A DNA stretch of 57,305 nucleotides, taken from a virus. Its lineage: Duplodnaviria > Caudoviricetes. This document shows positions 1 through 7,338 of the stretch, one piece after another (the stretch's first letter is position 1; each line of letters starts with the position of its first letter). The stretch spans positions 1-57,305 of IMG/VR virus record IMGVR_UViG_3300025120_000059, one strand, 5' to 3'. The position numbers and the translations under genes were made by a program. Under the pieces are notes generated by a model. That model ran no database searches, was not told the DNA's origin, and was given only the letters and a program-made list of their open reading frames with translations.

Positions 1-42
1 GGTGTTTCGGATTGGCGTGGCTACTTCGGTAGTGCCGGTTAA
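1..42 (+). CDS. 3' end of probable major capsid protein (truncated by window start)
   Basis: Frame 1 reads GVSDWRGYFGSAG*, resembling the (F/Y)GxSDxRG(I/Y)FGSxG C-terminus of capsid proteins in marine podoviruses with this portal/GroES/scaffold order; followed by a strong hairpin. Confidence 0.7.
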   Translation, partial: GVSDWRGYFGSAG

Positions 43-43
43 T

Positions 44-85
44 AAAGTGTGGGGGAGTGGTGTAATGCCACTCTCCTGCTACTTT
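44..85 (+). terminator. Stem-loop after capsid gene (weak terminator or mRNA-stabilising hairpin)
   Basis: GGGGGAGTGGTG-TAA-TGCCACTCTCCT stem, extendable by AAAGT/ACTTT; only a short T tract. Confidence 0.55.
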
Positions 86-101
86 ACCTAAAGGAGAGAT
101 T

Positions 102-443
102 ATGGCTTCAAATATTAAAGTTGCAATAGCAACTGGAGATGCTGTTCTTAAATATGTAGATACTGACACAACTGTTGGAAGCAACGGTACTGCTGATAGT
201 AACATTCCAAGCACGACACGCATCGTAGCTATTCATGCATTGGCAACAGCGGCTGGTTCTTATTCAATTAAAGGTCAACGTCAGATTACAAATAAGACTG
301 CTGAAGGTACAGCTATTAAGTTTCAGGTAGCAGCCAACGAAGCTTCGGATATTTATATCGGAGACATGGGTGTTGCAGTTTACGGTGTGGTCAGTATTTC
401 TGGTCCCACTGATGGTTGCGTTCTAACTGCTATGCTTGGCTAG
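102..443 (+). CDS. Probable virion structural protein
   Basis: 113 aa, SD AAGGAGA, beta-rich, directly after capsid gene. Confidence 0.55.
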   Translation: MASNIKVAIATGDAVLKYVDTDTTVGSNGTADSNIPSTTRIVAIHALATAAGSYSIKGQRQITNKTAEGTAIKFQVAANEASDIYIGDMGVAVYGVVSISGPTDGCVLTAMLG

Positions 444-445
444 TC

Positions 446-1126
446 ATGCCTGACTACGCATATTTAAAATCAGATTTAATTAATACGACTGAGAACGACT
501 CAACGGAGTTTGCAACGCAAATTCCCTTTTTCATTACCAAAGCAGAACTTCGTATCACAAAAGATATTGATGATATTGGTTTGGATGAATTTACAACCGT
601 TTCAGTTTCATCAGGGAATGCAGGTGCTGTTCCGCTGAATGATCGTGTACGTATTGTTCGTAACGTAAACTATACTGTAAGTACAGGAACAACTGTAACT
701 AATTTGCTGCAACGAACTGTTGAGTATGCAAATGATTACTGGCCTGTAAGTGCATCCACAGGCACCCCAAGATATTATTCACGGCGTACTAACTCAAGTA
801 TTAAGATAGTACCCACACCAGTTTCAGCAACCACTGTTGAAATACAGACGGCATCACAACCGCTTGCATTGGCATCGGCAACAGGCACAAGTGTTACAAC
901 CAGTAACTACTTTAGTGAATACTGTTACGATGCCTTATTTTATGGTTGCCTTATAGAAGCTACCATGTACATGAAGGATTGGGAAACTCTTCAGGTATGG
1001 CAAACAGAATATCAAAACTCAATTCAAACTCTTCGTAATCAGGCTCGCAGAACTAGACAGGACGATATGGAAGTTGCAGCTTCTCCTGCTGGCGGTCCTA
1101 ATACAATTATCCAAGCAGGATCATAG
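446..1126 (+). CDS. Head-tail adaptor / tail tubular protein A-like
   Basis: ATG at 446; AELRI, GTPRYY, IVPTP, DALFYGCLIEA motifs typical of podovirus adaptor proteins. Confidence 0.65.
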   Translation: MPDYAYLKSDLINTTENDSTEFATQIPFFITKAELRITKDIDDIGLDEFTTVSVSSGNAGAVPLNDRVRIVRNVNYTVSTGTTVTNLLQRTVEYANDYWPVSASTGTPRYYSRRTNSSIKIVPTPVSATTVEIQTASQPLALASATGTSVTTSNYFSEYCYDALFYGCLIEATMYMKDWETLQVWQTEYQNSIQTLRNQARRTRQDDMEVAASPAGGPNTIIQAGS

Positions 1127-1137
1127 GGAGAATATAA

Positions 1138-1941
1138 ATGGCAATGGGAAGAAAATTAGTTAAGGCTTTAATGCCTAAAAAGAAGCCTTCCGCAACAGAC
1201 TCTAAAAGTCTTGAGCGTTCTTCTAAAAGAAAACCTGTAGGTTCTGAGCAAAGGTCTGCTGAAGATGCTCGTAATAAAGGAGAAGATAAGGCTCGTAAAA
1301 ATATAGCAGAAGAAGCTAAAGATTTGGGAACTCCTGCTGGCGCAACAGATATGAAAGCATTAGGAGGTCAATCTGATAGTACAGATAAAGCAAATAAACC
1401 TAGAATAGAACGTGCTGGAATGTCTAACCGTAGTAAAGGTATAAGTAAAGAATATAAAGCAGAAGAAGAAAGATTAAAAAGCAATCAAGAAAAACAAAAA
1501 AAACTAACATCTAATCTAAAAGCTTACAAAGGAAAAAATCCAGCCATACAAAAACGAATAGCGAAGTTAGATGAAGAAATTACACTACAAAAAAATAAAC
1601 TAAAAGGAATGAAAAAGAGAAACCTAATAAGACGTAAGGGAGGCGGCTACATGAAAAAGAAAACGGCTGGTGGCGGTTCACTAAAGATGGTAGAAAAGAA
1701 TGGTAAAAAAGTTCCGTTCTATGCTGCTGATGGTGTAGGTAAGATGGCTAAAGGTGGTAAAGTTAGTAAAGCAATGGGCGAAGATCGTACCCGTGTTCCC
1801 GCAGAATACTCAGCAAAAGCTCAGTCTAAGAAACCTGTAAAGAAAAAGATGGGCGGCGGTCAAGTTTACAAACGTAAGCATGGTGGCAAGACTGTTTCCG
1901 GTAACGATGGTAACTCTATCGTAGCCGCATGTTATGACTAA
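1138..1941 (+). CDS. Lys-rich protein with multiple xxGG motifs
   Basis: 267 aa, SD GGGAG; RKGGG, TAGGG, AKGGKV, KMGGGQV, KHGGKTV. Confidence 0.75.
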   Translation: MAMGRKLVKALMPKKKPSATDSKSLERSSKRKPVGSEQRSAEDARNKGEDKARKNIAEEAKDLGTPAGATDMKALGGQSDSTDKANKPRIERAGMSNRSKGISKEYKAEEERLKSNQEKQKKLTSNLKAYKGKNPAIQKRIAKLDEEITLQKNKLKGMKKRNLIRRKGGGYMKKKTAGGGSLKMVEKNGKKVPFYAADGVGKMAKGGKVSKAMGEDRTRVPAEYSAKAQSKKPVKKKMGGGQVYKRKHGGKTVSGNDGNSIVAACYD

Positions 1942-2116
1942 CCGTTCCTCTATAGGAAAACAAATTACTCGTCCCGGTAAAGTTAAGAAAGTAATGGGCG
2001 AGTACAAACGGGGCAAACTTAAAAGTAGTTCCGGTAGAAAAGTTAAGACTAAGAAACAAGCAGTTGCCATCGCACTTAGCGAGGCACGTAGAAAGAAACG
2101 TAAAAGGAGAAGTTAG
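1934..2116 (+). CDS. Small basic protein, DUF6496-like
   Basis: KVKKVMGEYKRGKLKSSSGRKVKTKKQAVAIALSEAR signature. Confidence 0.7.
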   Translation: MTNRSSIGKQITRPGKVKKVMGEYKRGKLKSSSGRKVKTKKQAVAIALSEARRKKRKRRS

Positions 2117-2290
2117 ATGGGACCGCATACACTTATTAAACGGCCACATAATCTAGATGAAATTGTAGGCCGTCCTACTGGACAGGGCTTTGGTGCTGCA
2201 CGTAAGGGACCGGCTGTAATGGGACCGCCGAAGGATGTTGTAGTTGATGAAGACTACGAACAGGGCAAAGCTTTTAAAGTAGAAGACTAA
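2117..2290 (+). CDS. 57-aa protein with GQGFGAARKG motif (not in ORF track)
   Basis: ATG right after the TAG of the previous gene, SD AAGGAG; MGPHTLIKRPHNLDEIVGRPTGQGFGAARKGPAVMGPPKDVVVDEDYEQGKAFKVED. Confidence 0.7.
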   Translation: MGPHTLIKRPHNLDEIVGRPTGQGFGAARKGPAVMGPPKDVVVDEDYEQGKAFKVED

Positions 2291-2292
2291 TT

Positions 2293-3762
2293 ATGGTTGC
2301 AAGAGATCAACTCTTAAAAGCTATTGAACAGGTTGAAAGCGGGGGACGCAGAGATGCTGTTAGTCCTAAAGGTGCCAGAGGCCGTATGCAGGTTATGCCA
2401 GCAACAGCACGGCAACCGGGATATAAAGTTAAACCTGCCCGTGATGAAAGCGAAGAAGAGTATACCAGAGTTGGTAAAGACTATGCTATGGCATTGCTTA
2501 AAAACTATGGTGGTGATCTTGAGGCCACTCTTGTTGCCTATAACTATGGACCGGGAAATGCTAACAAATGGATAGCTTCTGGTAGAAATAAAAGCGATCT
2601 TCCCAAAGAAACCAGAGATTATATTACCAAAGTTAGTAAACAGCTTGGAGGAAAAAACATGGCAACTAAAAAAGAACTTACCGATCAAAGAAAAGCTTTG
2701 CAGCGTAAGGTACGTAGTGGTAGTGCTACTGATGCTGATAAAAGAAAATTAAAACGTGTTCAAATTGAATTGGGTTCTAAGGGTAAGACTACAGCTAAAG
2801 CAAAAGCAAAAGCTCCTGCACCTAAAGCAAACATACAGAAGGCTTCTCTTCAACAGCGTCTTCAACAATTAATGGAGGACTCTCTCCCACTAGATGAAGA
2901 CCTTGCAGGTAGAGCTTTAGATCAAGGCGCATATGCTAAGTATTCAGAACCACAACGAGCCGCTCTTAATAAGGCACTACAAAGAGAACGTCCTCCTTCA
3001 GACTTTGAAAGAACATATGAGCGTAGAGGATCAGGTGTTCCTCAACTTCAACGTAGAGCAGACGATATAGCTTTACCCTTTAATAGAACCACAGGTAATA
3101 GGGGTACGATGCGTCCTGCTAATGTTGATCCTGATCTTCAGCGTGGTGTAAGTCGTGTACCAAGAGGAGATATGAGAATTGGTCCTTCCTCTCCAGAAAT
3201 TACTGAAGCACAGTTTTCTTATACTGATCCCGGTACGATTCCTACTGAAGACCAATTTAGAGCTATGAGAGCTACAGATATAGATGAAGACTTTGCAGGT
3301 AGAAGAGGTTTACCCTCTTTAGAACTTATGTCTAATGCTCCTACACCTCCCAGATCAAGCGGTGGTCGTGGTGATATGGCGGCACAGAATAAAGGTTATG
3401 AAACTCTTCGTGAATACTTTATTGAAGACATGACACCTCGTAAGTCTAAGGTAATGACACCTTTTGGTATTATTGATATTGATAGTACTGAAGATGCATA
3501 TGGTAGTGGCGATGAAATTACAGACATGCAAATTGAAATGGGACAGAAAAAAGGTGGCCGTCTTAAAAAGAAAAAGAAACCAGCCACTCGTAAGAAGGTA
3601 GCTGCTAAAAAGAAAAAGGTTGCTGTAAAGAAAAAGCCTGTTGTACGTAAGAAAGCTGTTGCAAAAAAACCACCCATGCGTAAGAAGACTGTAGCTAAAA
3701 AACCTGCTGGTCGTAAACGTGCAGCCAAAAGAGGCTTCGGCGCAGAACTTAGAGGTAACTAA
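2293..3762 (+). CDS. SLT lytic transglycosylase domain fused to a low-complexity region and histone H1-like K/A-rich tail
   Basis: QVESGG (catalytic E), GARGRMQVMP, AYNYGPG, ETRDYI motifs; C-terminal KKVAAKKKKVAVKKK...RGFGAELRGN. Confidence 0.85.
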   Translation: MVARDQLLKAIEQVESGGRRDAVSPKGARGRMQVMPATARQPGYKVKPARDESEEEYTRVGKDYAMALLKNYGGDLEATLVAYNYGPGNANKWIASGRNKSDLPKETRDYITKVSKQLGGKNMATKKELTDQRKALQRKVRSGSATDADKRKLKRVQIELGSKGKTTAKAKAKAPAPKANIQKASLQQRLQQLMEDSLPLDEDLAGRALDQGAYAKYSEPQRAALNKALQRERPPSDFERTYERRGSGVPQLQRRADDIALPFNRTTGNRGTMRPANVDPDLQRGVSRVPRGDMRIGPSSPEITEAQFSYTDPGTIPTEDQFRAMRATDIDEDFAGRRGLPSLELMSNAPTPPRSSGGRGDMAAQNKGYETLREYFIEDMTPRKSKVMTPFGIIDIDSTEDAYGSGDEITDMQIEMGQKKGGRLKKKKKPATRKKVAAKKKKVAVKKKPVVRKKAVAKKPPMRKKTVAKKPAGRKRAAKRGFGAELRGN

Positions 3763-3763
3763 T

Positions 3764-4120
3764 ATGGTTGACTTTAAATCTAAAATAAAAGCACAGAAAG
3801 CTAAAGATAGAAAACGGGCTGGTAAAAGATCAAAGTCTGTTTCAGGAGATAGAATGCCTTCAGCACCAAGAGCTTCTTTACCCTCTGCCAGAAAAAGCGC
3901 AAACAACAGTGCTGCAATTATGAAAAGCGTTGCTAGTCTTTTTAAAGACAAAGATGGTTTGTCATATCAAGAAGATTATACTATTGATCCTAATACATTT
4001 GAAGCAAGTATAGATGATGTATTTTTTGAAGGTTTTAAAAAAGGCGGTCCTCTTAAAAATGCTAGTAAAAGAAAACGTGCAGCACTTCGTGGGCAGCGTT
4101 CTGAACTGAGAGGATCGTAA
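3764..4120 (+). CDS. Basic protein with shared C-terminal tag
   Basis: Start ATG 3764 after TAAT; ends FKKGGPL...RKRAALRGQRSELRGS. Confidence 0.75.
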   Translation: MVDFKSKIKAQKAKDRKRAGKRSKSVSGDRMPSAPRASLPSARKSANNSAAIMKSVASLFKDKDGLSYQEDYTIDPNTFEASIDDVFFEGFKKGGPLKNASKRKRAALRGQRSELRGS

Positions 4121-4121
4121 T

Positions 4122-4403
4122 ATGAGTAATAAAAAATTAAGAAAGACTGTTACTTCTGATTTAGATAAACCAGAAGAAGAAGAAAAGAAAAGCGAAAGAG
4201 ATGAGCTTTTTGATAACTTAGGATCAGGCATGGGGCTTTTACCTGCTGTTGTTGGGGCGATGGGTCCAAAAGGATTAACATCTATTGGGCTTGTCAAAGG
4301 ACTTCTTGGAAAAAGTAAAGGTGGTAAAGTAGGTAAGAAAAAAACTACTGTTAGAAAACGTGCTGCACTTAGAGGACAACGCTCTGAACTGAGAGGATCG
4401 TAA
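4122..4403 (+). CDS. Basic protein with shared C-terminal tag
   Basis: Ends KSKGGKV...RKRAALRGQRSELRGS; last 16 aa identical to previous gene. Confidence 0.75.
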   Translation: MSNKKLRKTVTSDLDKPEEEEKKSERDELFDNLGSGMGLLPAVVGAMGPKGLTSIGLVKGLLGKSKGGKVGKKKTTVRKRAALRGQRSELRGS

Positions 4404-4404
4404 T

Positions 4405-4728
4405 ATGGCTAAAGACTATGAAGATGATGTAAGTCTTTTTGAAGAACTTCTAAAAGAATATGAAGAAGAAGAAGATGCGGAAGAAGTAGGTGAGCCAGTT
4501 CCCGGTGATAACATTAATGTAATACGTCAACAGGTACAGAGCGGTGGCAGCAGTGGTGGTGGTTCTAACTTTTTAAACACAGCCATGCAACTGGGTAAAC
4601 TTGCTATGATGTTTAAAGAAGGTGGTCAAATAAAAAAGAAGACTAAGAAAAAGAAAAGAGTTGTTCGTGGTGTAGGTGCTGCTAAACGTGGTTACGGTAA
4701 AGCCACTTATTCTAAGAAAATGTACTAA
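4405..4728 (+). CDS. Protein with acidic N-terminus and basic tagged C-terminus
   Basis: FKEGGQIKKK...RGVGAAKRGYGKA. Confidence 0.75.
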   Translation: MAKDYEDDVSLFEELLKEYEEEEDAEEVGEPVPGDNINVIRQQVQSGGSSGGGSNFLNTAMQLGKLAMMFKEGGQIKKKTKKKKRVVRGVGAAKRGYGKATYSKKMY

Positions 4729-4739
4729 GGAGATTTGAT

Positions 4740-5381
4740 ATGGTTGCAGCACTAAGAAAAATTGTAAGTAAACGTGGTCGTAAACGTAAGGCCAAGGGCG
4801 TTAAACCAGCATCGCCTGAACAGAAGATGGGTGCTAAAGAAGCTAAGATGAAGCTTACTGACTTTAAAAAACTTTCAGATGCTCAACAGAAAAAGTTTAT
4901 TAAAGAAGCTAAAGATGCTAACAAGCCAAAGAAAAAGAAAAAGCCTGTGGTAAAACGTAGTTCCAAAGACAATAAAGAACTTCAAAGTCTTATGGCGCAG
5001 CAGAAAAAAGAAATGAAAGAAGATGCCTTGGGATCAGACGTTCTTCCCAAACGCCGTGCGACTGGTCCTGCTGGACAAGAAGTAGAACAAGGTCCGTTGC
5101 TTTCCAAAGTACCTACACCTAATAAAAGAGAAATGTCTCCTGAGACATATAAACGTCAGAAGAGAACAGGACAACGCCGCAAAGGAGAGTATGCTCCTCC
5201 TGCCAGCATGATAGGCGAAGAGATGGGCATGGGTGGTAGAGGTCGTGAGATGATGCCTACTGGTAAAGAACTTGAAGAACTAATTTCAAGTGGCTTTGAA
5301 ATTAAAAAGTATGGTGGTAAAGTAAGGCGTCGTATGGGAGGACAAGTACGAGGCTACGGTAAGGCTCTTCGTGGTTACTAA
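4740..5381 (+). CDS. Lys-rich protein with tagged C-terminus
   Basis: SD AAGGAG; ends KKYGGKVRRRMGGQVRGYGKALRGY. Confidence 0.75.
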   Translation: MVAALRKIVSKRGRKRKAKGVKPASPEQKMGAKEAKMKLTDFKKLSDAQQKKFIKEAKDANKPKKKKKPVVKRSSKDNKELQSLMAQQKKEMKEDALGSDVLPKRRATGPAGQEVEQGPLLSKVPTPNKREMSPETYKRQKRTGQRRKGEYAPPASMIGEEMGMGGRGREMMPTGKELEELISSGFEIKKYGGKVRRRMGGQVRGYGKALRGY

Positions 5382-5574
5382 AGAATTTTTAAAACAGTAT
5401 AATAAATCTGTTCAAGAAGGATATGATGATTATACTTTAATAGATCATTCAGCTACTAGACCTAATAAAGAAGACTATAAAGATTTTAATGAATATATAA
5501 ATAGTCTTTGTAACTATATAGGAAAAAAGTTTAGGTATACATATGGCAGTAAAGCAAAAAAGAAAACCCAGTAA
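5371..5574 (+). CDS. Hypothetical protein
   Basis: 67-aa AT-rich ORF filling the gap between neighbours, GTG start. Confidence 0.5.
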   Translation: MVTKEFLKQYNKSVQEGYDDYTLIDHSATRPNKEDYKDFNEYINSLCNYIGKKFRYTYGSKAKKKTQ

Positions 5575-5842
5575 CATGAAGGGCATTACGATTGGTAGGG
5601 GCATGAAGCGTCCTACCAAGTCAGGTGCTGGTATGACTAAGAAGGGTGTGGCTAAATATCGTAAGCAGAATCCCGGTTCTAAGTTAAAGACTGCTGTAAC
5701 TGAAAAGAAACCTACAGGCAAACGTGCATCAAGACGTAAGTCATACTGTGCTAGGTCTGCGGGACAAATGAAGAAGTTTCCAAAGGCTGCTAAGAATCCT
5801 AATAGCAGACTAAGACAAGCTCGCAAAAGATGGAGATGTTAA
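5543..5842 (+). CDS. Small basic protein, DUF6321-like
   Basis: GMTKKGVAKYR...RRKSYCARS...NSRLRQARKRWRC signature. Confidence 0.7.
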   Translation: MAVKQKRKPSNMKGITIGRGMKRPTKSGAGMTKKGVAKYRKQNPGSKLKTAVTEKKPTGKRASRRKSYCARSAGQMKKFPKAAKNPNSRLRQARKRWRC

Positions 5843-5994
5843 TGAAAAAAGCAGTAAATGCTCCTAAAGGTTTTCACTGGATGAAAGCCGGTAAAGGATT
5901 TAAACTTATGAAGAATCCTACTGGTGGCTATGTAGCACATAAAGGTGCTTCAAAAAAAGCAAGCTTTGAAGTTCAGAAGATACATAAGAAATGA
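5842..5994 (+). CDS. 50-aa basic protein (not in ORF track)
   Basis: MKKAVNAPKGFHWMKAGKGFKLMKNPTGGYVAHKGASKKASFEVQKIHKK; TAATG and ATGA coupling to neighbours. Confidence 0.7.
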   Translation: MKKAVNAPKGFHWMKAGKGFKLMKNPTGGYVAHKGASKKASFEVQKIHKK

Positions 5995-6389
5995 TTAAAC
6001 GTAAGAAAGGCGGCACAGCCACTAAACGTGACCCAAAGAAGTGGGCAGCGGCAAAGGCCAGAGCAAAGCGTAAGATGGGCGGTAAACACTCTGCCAGAGC
6101 TATGCAGCTTGCTGTTAAGTATTACAAAGATTCTGGTGGAACTTATAGCGGTAAGAAAAAGTCTACTAATAAACTTTCAAAGTGGAGCAAGCAAAAATGG
6201 AAAACCAAGTCGGGAAAACCATCTGGCAAAACGGGAGAAAGATATTTACCGGAGAAAGCAATCAAGTCCCTGTCGTCAAAGGAATATGCAGCGACCACCA
6301 AAGCAAAGAGAAAAGGGACTGCTGCCGGGAAGCAGTTCGTGAAGCAGCCCAAAAAGATAGCAGCTAAAACAAAAAGGTTTAGAACGTAA
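5991..6389 (+). CDS. Basic protein, DUF5872-like
   Basis: HSARAMQLAVKYYK..GG.Y, LSKWSKQKWKT, GERYLP motifs. Confidence 0.65.
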   Translation: MIKRKKGGTATKRDPKKWAAAKARAKRKMGGKHSARAMQLAVKYYKDSGGTYSGKKKSTNKLSKWSKQKWKTKSGKPSGKTGERYLPEKAIKSLSSKEYAATTKAKRKGTAAGKQFVKQPKKIAAKTKRFRT

Positions 6390-7063
6390 TGGCAGTATCA
6401 GGAACATATGACTTTAACCTTGACATAGACGAGGTTATACAAGAAGCGATGGAGATGATCGGGGGTGAAGACACTCTTGGTCACGAACCTGCTTCTGCAC
6501 GTCGATCTATAAATTTAATGTTGCGAGATTGGCAAAACCGTGGTATACTATTATGGACTACAAGTGTATCATCCTTTACTGTAACTGCAAGTACTACTTC
6601 TTATGATCTATCTTCTTCTACTATAGATGCTCTTGAAGTTGTTCTTAACAGAGATAATACTGATATTAAATTAGAACGTATAACACCTGAAGAGTTTTTG
6701 CTTATTCCTAATAAAACACAAACTGGAAGATCATCTCAGTACTCAATCAGAAGAGGCAGAGATAATCCCGTCATGTCTGTTTGGCCTATTCCTGAGAACT
6801 CTACAGATGTTTTAAAGGTTGAAGTATTCAGTGAACTTACAGATGTAAATAAATCAGCAGATCAGAATGCTGATGTTCCTAAAAGATTTTTACCATGTCT
6901 TACTGCTGGACTATCTTATTACATGTCAATGAAAAGATTTGGTGTAGATGCTGGTCGTATACAAATGCTAAAAGCAAACTATGAAGAGTGTCTTGCCAGA
7001 GCAATGCAGGAAGATAGAGAAAGAGCTTCAATGCGTGTTGTGCCAAGACTAAGGTATATCTAG
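6389..7063 (+). CDS. Second adaptor / tail tubular-like protein
   Basis: MAVSGTYDFNLDIDEVIQEA, SARRSINL, VWPIP, FLPCLTAGLSYY motifs. Confidence 0.65.
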   Translation: MAVSGTYDFNLDIDEVIQEAMEMIGGEDTLGHEPASARRSINLMLRDWQNRGILLWTTSVSSFTVTASTTSYDLSSSTIDALEVVLNRDNTDIKLERITPEEFLLIPNKTQTGRSSQYSIRRGRDNPVMSVWPIPENSTDVLKVEVFSELTDVNKSADQNADVPKRFLPCLTAGLSYYMSMKRFGVDAGRIQMLKANYEECLARAMQEDRERASMRVVPRLRYI

Positions 7064-7338
7064 TGGCTAGTACTAAGAACGCACTTGCTATGTGTGATAC
7101 ATGTGGGTTTGTATATCCACATCGTGTTATGCGAATGAACAGTTATGGAATGCTGGTATGTCCCGAAGACTTTGAAGGACAGTTTGATTTAAAAAACCAT
7201 CCTCAAAATCATGTGCCTGATGTAAGAGATAATCCAGCTATTCTTAATCCTCGTCCAGATACAGGTGGGCGTAATCTTACATGGAGTCAGGCCAGTACGG
7301 CATGGGGATCAACAGATAAGTATTGGAATCTAATATGA
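7063..7338 (+). CDS. Conserved Cys-motif protein of the tail region
   Basis: CDTCGF...LVCPED..HPQ; Trp-spaced C-terminus. Confidence 0.6.
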   Translation: MASTKNALAMCDTCGFVYPHRVMRMNSYGMLVCPEDFEGQFDLKNHPQNHVPDVRDNPAILNPRPDTGGRNLTWSQASTAWGSTDKYWNLI

